A DNA stretch of 39,091 bases from a virus. The stretch lies in IMG/VR virus record IMGVR_UViG_3300042923_001092, positions 1 to 39,091 of that record; one strand, written 5' to 3'. Under the pieces are notes generated by a model, which was not told where the DNA came from, did not search any database, and saw nothing but the letters and a program-made list of their open reading frames with translations. Positions 15,985-26,277 of this stretch are shown here, piece after piece (position 1 is the stretch's first letter; the number at the start of each line of letters is the position of its first letter). A program made the position numbers and the translations under genes.

Positions 15985-16547
15985 TGGCTGGAAATGACAC
16001 ATTGATTAATGCAATTGGAGTAATCTGTACTGCTATGAAAAATAAAATATGTGAAAATGTATCATTTCATCCTCAAGCAGATTTTGTTGAAATTTCTAAT
16101 GAAAGAAAAGATAAATTTCCAGCCATTATAGTTAGAGGGCCTCAAATAGATGAAGATTTATTATTTAGAATAGAAGATCCCAAAATAGTATTTGAATTAC
16201 AATATGGAAGATATATTAAGACTCCAACTCCTGTAGTTTGTGATGTATATTTTAATGTTATAATCTTATGTGAAAGTGATATCGAAGGGTTGCAAACTTT
16301 ATCAAAAGTTATTTCATTTTTTAAATCTATGCCTCAAATCACTGTAAAAGACAGTCCAAATGACACCAAAGGTAAAATATATAATGTAATTTTAAAAGGC
16401 TCTCTATCGGAGTCTAGGACAGCAAATATTTCTGATATAGTTAGATATGAAACAAAATTTTTAATTGAAGGTATAGAGTTCTCGTCTGGTGAGGATACTA
16501 TAGGTAAAATTGCTAAAGAAGTTAATCTTAACATTAACAGCAAATAA
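15984..16547 (+). CDS. Tail terminator/sheath-cap-like protein
   Basis: TAATG overlap with a GGAGG RBS (ATG 15984 preferred over TTG 15975); FPAIIV...PVVCDVYFNV; lies upstream of the sheath. Confidence 0.55.
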   Translation: MAGNDTLINAIGVICTAMKNKICENVSFHPQADFVEISNERKDKFPAIIVRGPQIDEDLLFRIEDPKIVFELQYGRYIKTPTPVVCDVYFNVIILCESDIEGLQTLSKVISFFKSMPQITVKDSPNDTKGKIYNVILKGSLSESRTANISDIVRYETKFLIEGIEFSSGEDTIGKIAKEVNLNINSK

Positions 16548-16564
16548 AATATAGATGGGAGGTC

Positions 16565-16828
16565 ATGAGAATGGTTAAAGTGAAAAATAAAAACAATTTT
16601 CCTTTAGTGATTAACCTTAAAAAAGGCAGATCTGTTCACCTTCCTCCATTTGGAGAGGTTGAAATTCCGGATGAAGATAGCAAGTCGCCTGATCTTTTAA
16701 CTAAGATCAAAAGGAAAATGATTGAAGAATTAACTTCTACACCGCAAAAGGCTGAAGTTAAAGAAGCTGAAGAATCAGCACAATTTACACCAAAACAAAA
16801 AATTAAGAAAGAGGAGGTTGACAAATAA
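16565..16828 (+). CDS. Small hypothetical protein preceding the sheath
   Basis: GGGAGG RBS; coupled to the sheath gene by TAATG. Confidence 0.75.
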   Translation: MRMVKVKNKNNFPLVINLKKGRSVHLPPFGEVEIPDEDSKSPDLLTKIKRKMIEELTSTPQKAEVKEAEESAQFTPKQKIKKEEVDK

Positions 16829-18345
16829 TGGCTCGTAAAACACCTAACGTTTATATTAACGAAGGTTCAGGCGGATCTAAACCTGTTACTGGTGCTTCTA
16901 CTGGTATAGCTGCTTTTATAGGCTGTGCTCAAAAAGGAGAACCCGGAGTTGCTACATTAGTTAAGTCATTTAAAGAATTTACTGGAATATTTGGTTCCTA
17001 TATTTCTAATGGCTGGCTAGCTTATGCAGTAGAAAATTTCTTTATTGAAGCTGGAGATGGAGCAGATTGCTATGTTGTAAGAACTGTACATTATACAGAT
17101 ATTACAGATCGCGATACTAATACAAATAGTGTTGCTTCTGTAATACTTAAAGATGCAGCTACTACTCCACAGAATGCATTAAAAGCTGAAACTCTTACAG
17201 ATGAAGCAAGCGATCTTAAAGTAACTATTGCTGCTGCAACGTCTGGAACTACAGATAAATTTAAAGTAGAAATATACAAAGGCAGCGGTTCTACGGCTAT
17301 TGCTTCTTTAGATGAGCAAACTAATTCAGAAATAGATGGGGTTACTCTCGGCGGAGTTAAATTTACAATGATAACTACAACAAGACCCGCAAATATTGCA
17401 AAAGCTGCTCTTACTGGAGGTAGTGATGGTTTAACTGGAATTACAGACAATGATTATATTGGAAGTCAGGCAAGTAATACTGGACTCTATGCGCTTGACT
17501 TTATTGATGAAAATATGAACATAGTAGTTCCGGGTATTACTTCTAGATCAGTTTTATTAGCTACGGCTTCATACGCTGCTAATAAAAAATGCTTCCAAAT
17601 CGGCGATGAACCTATTGGACTTGATTATTTAGAAGCTAGAGATTTTAAGCAGGCAATTGGAGATTATAGTTCAGAAGCTGCTATTGACAGCGATTTTTCT
17701 GCATTATATTATCCTTGGATTTATATCAAAGACCCCGTTACAGGAGGTAAGAAACTATTTCCTCCGGCAGCAGCTATGGCTGGTGTTTATGCAAGAGTTG
17801 CTGGTTCAAGAGGAGTTCATAAAGCTCCAGCCGGTGTTGAAGATGGTAAATTAAGATGTGCTATTGGAGTTGAAAGAGTTATTAATGATACTCAACAGGC
17901 AGAACTTAATCCCAATGGAGTTAATGTTATAAGGTCTTTCTCAGATGCAGGTATTGTGGCATGGGGAGCAAGAACTACTTCTTCCAATGCTTCTTGGAGA
18001 TATATTAACAACAGGCTTCACTTTAACTATATCGGCTCTACTTTAAGAAAAGCATTTAGATGGGCAGTATTTCAGCCTAATGATTCTATATTATGGGGTC
18101 AACTGAAACTGGCTGCTGAATCTTTCTTAGAAAGAGAATATAGAAAAGGTGCTTTTAACGATGGTGGTTCTGGTGACCCTGCGGATGCATATTATGTAAA
18201 TTGCGATTCCAAGAATAATACCAGAGAAACAATTGATCTTGGTGAAGTTCATCTCGATGTGGGAGTCGCTCAATCAAAGCCCGGAGAATTTATCGAGATT
18301 GGAATAAATCAGTGGGATGGTGGAAGTTCTGTTACCGAGTCCTAA
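16828..18345 (+). CDS. Contractile tail sheath protein
   Basis: PNVYINE, AAFIG, ALYYPWI, GVHKAPAG, LNPNGVNVIR, WGART, WRYINNR, WAVFQPND and KPGEFI. Confidence 0.95.
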   Translation: MARKTPNVYINEGSGGSKPVTGASTGIAAFIGCAQKGEPGVATLVKSFKEFTGIFGSYISNGWLAYAVENFFIEAGDGADCYVVRTVHYTDITDRDTNTNSVASVILKDAATTPQNALKAETLTDEASDLKVTIAAATSGTTDKFKVEIYKGSGSTAIASLDEQTNSEIDGVTLGGVKFTMITTTRPANIAKAALTGGSDGLTGITDNDYIGSQASNTGLYALDFIDENMNIVVPGITSRSVLLATASYAANKKCFQIGDEPIGLDYLEARDFKQAIGDYSSEAAIDSDFSALYYPWIYIKDPVTGGKKLFPPAAAMAGVYARVAGSRGVHKAPAGVEDGKLRCAIGVERVINDTQQAELNPNGVNVIRSFSDAGIVAWGARTTSSNASWRYINNRLHFNYIGSTLRKAFRWAVFQPNDSILWGQLKLAAESFLEREYRKGAFNDGGSGDPADAYYVNCDSKNNTRETIDLGEVHLDVGVAQSKPGEFIEIGINQWDGGSSVTES

Positions 18346-18369
18346 AATTTAAGAAGGAGGTAGAATATA

Positions 18370-18846
18370 ATGGCAGTTGAAGCTTATAAGACTAATTACT
18401 ATGACAAATATGCATTTCAAATTGTTATAGGTGGCTTTGTAAGAGCTGGATTTTCAAAAGCTGATGGACTTGAAGAAAGTGCAGAAGTAATTGAATATAA
18501 CGAAGGCGGGCATTTAAGAGCACATAAGAGTCCAGGCAAAATCTCATCTAAAGATGTAACCCTTGAAAGAGGTGAGACTGATGCAATTGACATGTTTAAC
18601 TGGTGGAAACAGGTTGCAAACAGAGCATCAGATTCTGGTGGAGTAGTTGATTCTGATTATAAAAAAGATATTCAGATCATACAGTTAGATAGAGCTGGAA
18701 CGGTAAGGAAGACATGGAATGTATATGGTTGCTGGCCAAGTACATTTGGTGTTGATGACTGGGATGGTGGTTCTTCTGAAAAGCATGTTGAAAAACTCGT
18801 GCTTGCTACAGATGGAATTGAATTTGTTTCAGGAACATCAAAATAG
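18370..18846 (+). CDS. Tail tube protein (T4 gp19-like)
   Basis: AGFSKADGL, EVIEYNEGG, KSPG, VTLERG and WNVYGCWP; follows the sheath. Confidence 0.92.
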   Translation: MAVEAYKTNYYDKYAFQIVIGGFVRAGFSKADGLEESAEVIEYNEGGHLRAHKSPGKISSKDVTLERGETDAIDMFNWWKQVANRASDSGGVVDSDYKKDIQIIQLDRAGTVRKTWNVYGCWPSTFGVDDWDGGSSEKHVEKLVLATDGIEFVSGTSK

Positions 18847-18888
18847 CTAAAACTTATCGCTTAGTTTGAAAAATCAAATATAAATATT

Positions 18889-18927
18889 CAATGCCTTCAT
18901 ATTTTATTATGAAGGCATTGTTTTATT
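18889..18927 (+). terminator. Terminator-like hairpin after the tube gene
   Basis: Perfect 13-bp stem CAATGCCTTCATA/TATGAAGGCATTG followed by TTTTATT. Confidence 0.75.
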
Positions 18928-18947
18928 ATAATAAGGAGGATTATTCT

Positions 18948-19709
18948 ATGGAAAATTCAGAATTAAATGTTATTGGTACCGGCATGCCAACTGACAAACC
19001 AAAAGAAGAAAAAAAGATAAAGTCTGAGGTTGTACCGTTACCTTCCGGTCATTGGGTTGAATTAAGAGGTATGAAAACTCAGGAAATGGATATTCTTGCT
19101 AATAAAAAACAGATGAAAGATGGAGAAGGAATTAATGATATAGCTAAAAATTGTATCATGGCGTCTTCAGATGGATTTGATTACGACACGGCTTTACAGG
19201 GCGATAGATACAAGATAATTATATTCTTAAGAAAAATTACTTATTCAGGTCCTTATGAATTTGAAATTTCAGAGTGTCCTGAATGTGGAGATAAACATGA
19301 ATTTAGAGTAAATCTTGATACTTTAGAAGAAAAGAAACTTGATGGACGGCCTACTAAAGATATAGAATTTAAGTTCCCAGTTTGTGGAGTTAAAATTAAA
19401 TATCACCTTCCTACCGGTACTGATGAAGCTGAAATTATAAAAGTAAGAAAACAGTATCCCGATAGTACAATAACACTTGCTCTTATGGTTTATACTGACT
19501 GGATTGAAGGAGTTAAATTCAAAAGCCTTGAGTGGTTTAGAGATCTCGATGCAGAAGACGTATTAGCATTTCAGGAAGATCTCGACGCACATAACTGTGG
19601 TCTTGAAACCACCATTAATCTAACTTGCCCTTTTGAAAAAGAAGAGTTTGAAATGGAACTCCCTATTACAAAAAATTTTTTCTTACCCAAAAAAGCAAAG
19701 AAGCTCTAA
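18948..19709 (+). CDS. Tail assembly chaperone / T4 gp26-like hub assembly protein
   Basis: Lies between tube and tape measure; LPSG, GDRYKIIIFLRKITY, CPECG and ELPITKNFF. ATG 18948 has an AAGGAGGA RBS. Confidence 0.7.
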   Translation: MENSELNVIGTGMPTDKPKEEKKIKSEVVPLPSGHWVELRGMKTQEMDILANKKQMKDGEGINDIAKNCIMASSDGFDYDTALQGDRYKIIIFLRKITYSGPYEFEISECPECGDKHEFRVNLDTLEEKKLDGRPTKDIEFKFPVCGVKIKYHLPTGTDEAEIIKVRKQYPDSTITLALMVYTDWIEGVKFKSLEWFRDLDAEDVLAFQEDLDAHNCGLETTINLTCPFEKEEFEMELPITKNFFLPKKAKKL

Positions 19710-19867
19710 GAGAACAAATATTCGTACTTGCTTATGGAGGGTTAGTTACTATTGGATACAGAGATGTCATGGAATGGTGCGAAGAAGAGCGAGAATGGTA
19801 TCTTAATAGATTAATAGAAGAAAAACAAAAAGAACAATCTGAAATAAATAAGACAGGAAGGAAGTAA
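19670..19867 (+). CDS. -1 frame extension of the chaperone (LREQIFVLAYGG...EWYLNRLIEEKQKE)
   Basis: Open -1 frame with no RBS/start of its own, beginning at the slippery run A AAA AAT TTT TTC and ending 8 nt before the tape measure ATG. Confidence 0.75.
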   Translation, partial: KKFFLTQKSKEALREQIFVLAYGGLVTIGYRDVMEWCEEEREWYLNRLIEEKQKEQSEINKTGRK

Positions 19868-19875
19868 GTTGATAA

Positions 19876-22800
19876 ATGGGGCTTAATACATTAGGACTTG
19901 GAATAATTTTATCATTAAGAGACGGTGCATCTATTCCAGCTAATAGAGCAGCTGCCTCATTGGGCCAGTTAGATAGTGCAGCACAAACATTTTCTAAAAA
20001 CTTTAATTCAGCAATGGCTACTGCTTTTGAAGGAATGAATATGTTAGCTGCTGGTGCAATGATGCTTGCAGCCCCAGTTGACTTTGTTAAATCTACTTTA
20101 GAGACTCAAAAAGCATTAGCTTATGTTGCGTCTTCCGGTATTGAAGATTTAAACTTGATGAAGGAGGCTGCTGAAGATTTTACTAATTATTGGGCTGGAA
20201 CTACACAAGCCTCCTTCTTAAATACTGCATACGAAATAAAATCTGGTTTATATGAATTGTCAGATGATATGGTTGCTAAGATGACTAAAACAACTGGTAT
20301 TTTAGCAAAAGGTACTAAATCAACAGTTGATGAAATGCAAGAGTTATTACCTATCATGTGGGGTATCTTAAGGCCTTCTAGAGGTGGAATAACCGACGAA
20401 GCATTTATGAATGAATTATCTGGTGCCTTAGCTGAATCAGTTAAAATATATAGGGCTACAGGTAAATATATGGGTGATGCTTTTTCACAAGCAACAGCCA
20501 TTGCAACACAGCAAGGTATTTCAATGCAAGAGCAATTTGCTATTTTAGGTCAGTTACAGCAAACCATGACTGGTTCAGAAGCTGGTACTAAATTAAGAGC
20601 ATTAGCAGTTAATACTCCTAGAGCAGTTGAACTTGCAAAAGAAAATAATATAGATATTAAGCTTATAGATGAAAAAGGTATGATTTTACCTTTGATTGAT
20701 ATTATACAAAATGTAAGAGATAGATATGGTGAAAAACTTAACGCTACAGCTATGGAAGAACTAAGAAAAGTATTTGGCTCAAGAGAAGCAACGGCTACTA
20801 TTATTAACTTGTTACCATATGTAGATAAATTAAAACAAGATTCTGCAGCAATTAAAGCAGCTATGAATGATGGTATGCCAGTAGCAATGGAAATGGCAGA
20901 GACAGCTGCTGACAATATGGGAGATGCATGGGAGATATTTGCTCAGAGAGTAAATAATGCTAAGCAAGCTATTGGTGAAGCTATCATACCAATTTTTAGG
21001 CCTGTATTAGATATCATAGGTAAAATATTTATTGGTGTCCAAAGCTTTGCTGAAGCTTATCCATGGGTAATAAGAATAGCCAGTGCAATAGTTTCATTAG
21101 TTGGAACAATGTTAATCTTAACAGGTGCTTTATTCATTTTAAGTGCCGGGTTTAAAATAGTAAACGCCTCTATTGAATTAATGAAATCAAGAATAACTTT
21201 GCTTAGAGCTGAGTTTCAAAAATTTATGTTGACTATGTGGCCATTTTTACTAATGGCTGGATTGATGTATATAGCATTTAAATCTAACTTCATGGGAATT
21301 GGTGATGGGGTTATGAATTTAATAGAAAAATTTAAAAAATTCTGGAACAATGTTAAATTAGTATTTCAAGGTTTATCTGAACTTATTGGATCGTTTAGTA
21401 ATGATAAAGGTATGATCTCAGAAGACTTAAAGAATAAATTGGAAGATGCTGGTTTATGGGATTTAACTGTAAAATTATTTATGCTCTATACAAGGTTAAG
21501 ATATCTTTGGAATGGTATTGTACAAGGTTTCAGTGATTTTTGGCATGCACTTGTAATAGTACTTACTCCAATAGGAAAAGGGCTTAAAAAATATGTATTA
21601 ATTCCATTTACAAATTTACTTGCAAAATTAGGAATTGTAGTACCATTATTAAATAAACTTATTGAACCAAATCAAGAAAATGCTAATACATGGGAAAAAG
21701 TTGGATACTGGATTGGTGTTGCTGCTAGTGCGCTTATGACTTTTGCTATTGCATCCGCGATAATAAAATCAGTAGTTGGAGTATTTAAAACTGTATTAGC
21801 TGTTGCTAAGGCTTTTGGTAAAGTAGCTAAGGCAGTTCAAGCGGTATGGAAATTCTTATCTAAGTTTGCTCCAGTATTTAGGTTTATAGGAAAGATATTA
21901 TTAGGAGTAGGTAAGGCATTATGGTCAGTATTTATATGGGTCGCTGGTATAGTTGCCGGATTACTTGGAGTTCCTGTTTGGGTCGGAGCAATAATAGTTG
22001 CTGCTGTTGTAGCAGCAATAGCATTAGTTATAATATTTAGAAAGCAAGTTGTAGCAATAATAAAAACTATATTTTATGTAATTGTTGGTATAATAATGGC
22101 TATTGGTGCCATTTTAGCAGCTGCAGTTTATGCTGGAGCTTTATTAATAGCTACTGTAATAGCTGCAGTAATAGGAATAATCTGGGGAATACTGAATGTT
22201 ATAATCTCTATAGGTGCTGGGATATTTGGAGTATTAGCAACAGTATTTGCTATATTCCAAGGAGTATGGCAAGCTATTAAAGCAGTAATTGTTGGAATAG
22301 TTAAATCAGTAATTGCTATTGTAAAAGCTATCTTTACTGGCGATTTTTCTACACTTGGTGAAACTTTAAAAGGTATTTGGAAAGGCGTTTGGGATAAAAT
22401 CAAAGATATAGTTTCAAATACTGTAGAAAAGATTAAAGGTATTTGGGAAGGCGTTGGAGATTTTATCAGTGGCGTTTGGGATGGACTAAAATCTGAAGCT
22501 AAGAAATTCTTTGACTGGATTGGAGAAAAATTTGAATACTTTGGTGGTTTAATAGATACTCTTAAAAAGGGCTTTGGATGGGTAGGAGATAAAATAGGTC
22601 AGGCTTGGAATAAAGTAACTGGAGGCGAAAAAACAAATATAGAACCTCATGCCACTGGTGGTTTATTTAATGGACCAAGTATTATACAAATTGGTGAGCA
22701 AGCTGGAGTTAATGAAGCTGCTATCCCATTATCCGGAAAACATATGATTCCTTTTGCAAATGCAATTGCTTCAGTAATGCCAAAGCCTAAATTAGATACC

Positions 22801-23007
22801 CCTACTACCAATTCTAACACAGGAACTGTTAACACCATTATAAATAATAATTACAATACAACAAATAATAACCAGAATGGTTCTAGCAGCAATACAGCAG
22901 CAGATCCTGAACCAAAAATTTATAAAATTGAAGTTCCAGTTAAGCTCAATAATAGAGAAATTGCTAGAGGCGTTGCAGAATTTGTAACACAAGAAAGAAA
23001 TAGGTGA
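19876..23007 (+). CDS. Tape measure protein
   Basis: 1043 aa, Ala-rich and helical; GSEAGTKLRAL core, hydrophobic middle, W-spaced repeats and C-terminal HATGG...IGE...EAAIPL. Confidence 0.93.
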   Translation: MGLNTLGLGIILSLRDGASIPANRAAASLGQLDSAAQTFSKNFNSAMATAFEGMNMLAAGAMMLAAPVDFVKSTLETQKALAYVASSGIEDLNLMKEAAEDFTNYWAGTTQASFLNTAYEIKSGLYELSDDMVAKMTKTTGILAKGTKSTVDEMQELLPIMWGILRPSRGGITDEAFMNELSGALAESVKIYRATGKYMGDAFSQATAIATQQGISMQEQFAILGQLQQTMTGSEAGTKLRALAVNTPRAVELAKENNIDIKLIDEKGMILPLIDIIQNVRDRYGEKLNATAMEELRKVFGSREATATIINLLPYVDKLKQDSAAIKAAMNDGMPVAMEMAETAADNMGDAWEIFAQRVNNAKQAIGEAIIPIFRPVLDIIGKIFIGVQSFAEAYPWVIRIASAIVSLVGTMLILTGALFILSAGFKIVNASIELMKSRITLLRAEFQKFMLTMWPFLLMAGLMYIAFKSNFMGIGDGVMNLIEKFKKFWNNVKLVFQGLSELIGSFSNDKGMISEDLKNKLEDAGLWDLTVKLFMLYTRLRYLWNGIVQGFSDFWHALVIVLTPIGKGLKKYVLIPFTNLLAKLGIVVPLLNKLIEPNQENANTWEKVGYWIGVAASALMTFAIASAIIKSVVGVFKTVLAVAKAFGKVAKAVQAVWKFLSKFAPVFRFIGKILLGVGKALWSVFIWVAGIVAGLLGVPVWVGAIIVAAVVAAIALVIIFRKQVVAIIKTIFYVIVGIIMAIGAILAAAVYAGALLIATVIAAVIGIIWGILNVIISIGAGIFGVLATVFAIFQGVWQAIKAVIVGIVKSVIAIVKAIFTGDFSTLGETLKGIWKGVWDKIKDIVSNTVEKIKGIWEGVGDFISGVWDGLKSEAKKFFDWIGEKFEYFGGLIDTLKKGFGWVGDKIGQAWNKVTGGEKTNIEPHATGGLFNGPSIIQIGEQAGVNEAAIPLSGKHMIPFANAIASVMPKPKLDTPTTNSNTGTVNTIINNNYNTTNNNQNGSSSNTAADPEPKIYKIEVPVKLNNREIARGVAEFVTQERNR

Positions 23008-23011
23008 TAAG

Positions 23012-23461
23012 ATGGGCGTTTATGAAAAAGTATTTAAAGCTGCGATAGTTGATTATAATACACAAGAAATGAAAGAATTTCAATATAATCCTAGTAGTTT
23101 TTCAAATAATAAGTCAATAAATTTTTCTGCAATTACTATACCAGGGTTGAATATGCCAATTTATCAGTTCGTATCTGGTGGCGAAGAAATAATTGATATT
23201 AAACTATTTTTAAACGCTCTAAATCACCCAAAAGGTGGCGCTGGAATTAAAAGTGATTATTTATGGTATAAAAAAAGAACAGTTGCTAAGAGAGCTTCTA
23301 ATATGCTTGATGTTGCTCCTCCAAAAGTTCTTTTTGTATGGCCTAAGATAGGCACTTCTAAATGTATTATTTCTTCATGCAATGTAGAATGGACTTCTTT
23401 TTTTAAAAATGGATTACCAAAAACTGGAGAATTAACATTGGAACTTAAAAAAACTTATTAA
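23012..23461 (+). CDS. Tail tube initiator (CIS-tube-like)
   Basis: FQYNPS, YQFVSGG, PPKVLFVW and FFKNGLP motifs; follows the tape measure. Confidence 0.75.
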   Translation: MGVYEKVFKAAIVDYNTQEMKEFQYNPSSFSNNKSINFSAITIPGLNMPIYQFVSGGEEIIDIKLFLNALNHPKGGAGIKSDYLWYKKRTVAKRASNMLDVAPPKVLFVWPKIGTSKCIISSCNVEWTSFFKNGLPKTGELTLELKKTY

Positions 23462-23477
23462 GAGGAGGTGAATAATA

Positions 23478-23771
23478 ATGTCTGTATTGGAAGGTTCTAG
23501 ATATGAAGGAGCTACTGTTTATAGTCACGAAGATAAATATTATATAGGTTCAAGAATAATATTACAATATAAAGAATACCCAGACAATATTATTCATACA
23601 GTATCTGAAAGTGAAAGGCTTGATACTATAGCTTATAAATATTGGAAAAACTCAGAATGGTGGTATATAATCTGTGATTGGAATGATATTTTTAATCCAT
23701 TTGAGCCCTTAGTGGCTGGTACTATTCTGAGTTTACCAAGTTTTAATAGAATTGCAGGAGGTGAGTTATAA
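23478..23771 (+). CDS. LysM-like / P2 gpX-like baseplate protein
   Basis: SRY...HTVSESERLDTIAYKYW...WWYIICDWNDIFNP...GTILSLP. Confidence 0.85.
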   Translation: MSVLEGSRYEGATVYSHEDKYYIGSRIILQYKEYPDNIIHTVSESERLDTIAYKYWKNSEWWYIICDWNDIFNPFEPLVAGTILSLPSFNRIAGGEL

Positions 23772-25282
23772 TGCCAATACCTGAGGCTTATGATCCATTT
23801 TTTTATATAAAAGTAGACGGTAAGTCACTAAATTCTAAGCTTGCTACAAAAATTAGTAAATTCGAATTTGAAGAAATTGATGATAAAACAGATATTCTAA
23901 CATTTATTGTTGACAATCAATCGCTTGAATTTACTGATGAAGATGCATTGGATGTTGGTGGAACAGTCACTTTTCAATTTGGTTATTTAAACAGAAGAGG
24001 TAAAATAAGAAAAGGTATAATTAAAAATTATGAAGGATTTGAAGAAATAAAAATTGAAGTATACCAGACTAAAGTTGGCAGTGCAGATCCGGCAAAACCA
24101 ACTACAAAAACTGCTCCTTCAAAAGTTACTTCAACTCAGTCATCTCCTAAAAAATATACAGTAATTAAAGGTGATAATCTTTCATCTATTGCTAAAAAAT
24201 TCGGTTTATCAAAGTGGCAAGACTTATATGAAGTAAATAAAAGCATAATTGGCAAAAACCCAAACTTAGTTTATCCGGGACAGAAACTTACTATACCTGG
24301 TACTGAAGAAAAAGTTTCATCTGCCACTAAAAAAACAACAACTTCTAAATCAACAAATGTTTCTTCTAATACTTCTAAAAGTTCACCTGCTGTTAAAACT
24401 TCTAATCCTTTAGCTCAAAAATCTAGAGTATGGAAGAAAAAGACATATTCTGAAATAGCAAAAAGTATTGCTACAGAAATGGGATTATTAGCTGATATAC
24501 AGACTACAAAGATAAAATATGATAGTGTTCCCCAAACAAATGAAGACAATATAGAATTTTTAAGAAGATTAGCTAAAAAAATTGGATATACAGTAAATAT
24601 ATATGGAGACTATTTATTTTTTAGAAAACAAGATTATAGTTCAAAAACTCAAAGAACTTTAGTTTATTTTATCGATGGAGCAGGTGAAGTTGAAAAATTT
24701 TCTCCATCGATAAAGACTAGTGGATCTACATCAGCAGCTTCTTCAAGTACAGTCGATCCAGCTTCAAAAAGTGAAGTTAGTAGCAAATCAAATGGTACAA
24801 AAGATACACATTTAGGAAAATACTCATATGTAGTTGATGGTATTACTGGTGAAGAAAAAAGAGTTTTAACTCCAGAATCTTCAGCTTCAAATGACTCTGT
24901 AAAAACTAATACTGATTCAGATACAAGCACTTCTACAAATAGTAAAATGTCATCTTCTGAAAAGAAATGGCAAGAAGCTGAAATAACTTGTGTTGGTATT
25001 CCAGAAATAGAAGCCGGTAAATTAGTAACAATCAAAGGCGTAGGGAAAAGATGGTCTGGAAATTGGTATGTAAAGACAGTTAGACACACGTTAGACAGTG
25101 ATGGTTATAGAACAGTTTTAGAATGTACGCGCGATGCTTCTGGAAAAGCTGCAAAAATATCAGAAGAAGTAGATGGCGCTGTTAATGACACTCCGGCTAA
25201 AACTGATTCGTCTAAAAAAGCTGCTAAAGTAGTTATTGTTGATGGTATTACAGGAAAAGAAACAGTAGGCGAAATGCCTTAA
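23771..25282 (+). CDS. Baseplate hub (late control D / gp27-like) with an inserted LysM domain
   Basis: FQFGY, QTNEDNIEFLRRLAKKIGY, GIPEIEAG, GVGKRWSGNWYVKTVRH; LysM YTVIKGDNLSSIAKKF...NPNLVYPGQKLTIP. Confidence 0.85.
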   Translation: MPIPEAYDPFFYIKVDGKSLNSKLATKISKFEFEEIDDKTDILTFIVDNQSLEFTDEDALDVGGTVTFQFGYLNRRGKIRKGIIKNYEGFEEIKIEVYQTKVGSADPAKPTTKTAPSKVTSTQSSPKKYTVIKGDNLSSIAKKFGLSKWQDLYEVNKSIIGKNPNLVYPGQKLTIPGTEEKVSSATKKTTTSKSTNVSSNTSKSSPAVKTSNPLAQKSRVWKKKTYSEIAKSIATEMGLLADIQTTKIKYDSVPQTNEDNIEFLRRLAKKIGYTVNIYGDYLFFRKQDYSSKTQRTLVYFIDGAGEVEKFSPSIKTSGSTSAASSSTVDPASKSEVSSKSNGTKDTHLGKYSYVVDGITGEEKRVLTPESSASNDSVKTNTDSDTSTSTNSKMSSSEKKWQEAEITCVGIPEIEAGKLVTIKGVGKRWSGNWYVKTVRHTLDSDGYRTVLECTRDASGKAAKISEEVDGAVNDTPAKTDSSKKAAKVVIVDGITGKETVGEMP

Positions 25283-25288
25283 GCATAA

Positions 25289-25372
25289 TTAGAATGCTGA
25301 TAGAGGTATTTATAATTAGTTTTTAATATATTAATATGTATAAAGTTTTATTTATTTCTATAAGCATTCTAA
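25289..25372. repeat. Inverted repeat with a 52-nt spacer, copy 2
   Basis: TTAGAATGCTGATAGA (25289-25304) / TCTATAAGCATTCTAA (25357-25372), 15/16 complementary. Confidence 0.88.
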
Positions 25373-25387
25373 AGGAGGTTTAAAATA

Positions 25388-25918
25388 ATGGATGTGTTAG
25401 ATGTATTTGGAAAATTTGAGTCTCAAGATGATAATAAATTTTTCGGAAAGTTCAGAGCAGTTGTATCAAAAATTGATGACCCGGAAAAATTAGGTAGAAT
25501 AAAAGTTACATGCCCGGATATTTACGGCGATGATGAATCTCCTTGGGCTTGGCCTTGCTTCCCTATTGGTGGTTCTTTAGAAATAGGGTATTTTGGAATA
25601 CCTGAAAAGGGAGCAGGGGTTTGGGTTGAATTTGAGCAAGGTCATACTACAAATCCTATATGGTCTGGATGTTGGTATACTAAACCAAAAAATAAAAATG
25701 AAGTTCCAAAAGAAGCTAAGGATAAATATGGAGACACACAAGTAATAAAAACAAAAACTGGCCATATTATAGAAATTTCAGATAAAAAAGGCGATGAATA
25801 TATACATCTATATAATGGTAAAACTAAGTCATCTGTTAAAATAGAAAAAGATATTACTTTTCATTCAGAAGGTAATGTTATTATAGAAGTTCCCAATGGA
25901 CACGTAGATGTGAGGTGA
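25388..25918 (+). CDS. Baseplate spike, gp5/Vgr OB-fold (gpV-like)
   Basis: GKFRAVV...DPEKLGRIKVTCP...WAWPC...PEKGAGVWVEFEQG...PIWSG. Confidence 0.9.
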   Translation: MDVLDVFGKFESQDDNKFFGKFRAVVSKIDDPEKLGRIKVTCPDIYGDDESPWAWPCFPIGGSLEIGYFGIPEKGAGVWVEFEQGHTTNPIWSGCWYTKPKNKNEVPKEAKDKYGDTQVIKTKTGHIIEISDKKGDEYIHLYNGKTKSSVKIEKDITFHSEGNVIIEVPNGHVDVR

Positions 25919-25922
25919 TAAA

Positions 25923-26267
25923 ATGCCAGCTGTAGCAGTAAAAGGTGGAAGTATTTTAGGTATGACTACTGGTGAGCATGGAGGGCATACTAATCCAAAT
26001 GGTACTCCAATGCATGGACCAGGTACATTAACAGGAACTATTACATCCGGAACAGATAAGTTAAGAATTAATGGTATTTTTGTTGCTCTAGAAGATGAAG
26101 ATACTGAAGAAAGTGATAACTGCGATTCTGATACTGGAAAATTAGGAAATATTGAACATAAATTAAAAGTAAATGGTAAGTCAGTTCAATGCTTAGGAGA
26201 TAATACTAAACCTCATAACGGGACTGCTAAAATATCAACAGGTAATTCTAAAATAACTACTGTATAA
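25923..26267 (+). CDS. PAAR-like spike tip protein
   Basis: MPAVAVKG, ITSGTDKLRING, VNGKSVQCLGD, several His/Cys ligands; follows the spike. Confidence 0.8.
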   Translation: MPAVAVKGGSILGMTTGEHGGHTNPNGTPMHGPGTLTGTITSGTDKLRINGIFVALEDEDTEESDNCDSDTGKLGNIEHKLKVNGKSVQCLGDNTKPHNGTAKISTGNSKITTV

Positions 26268-26277
26268 GGAGGTAAAT

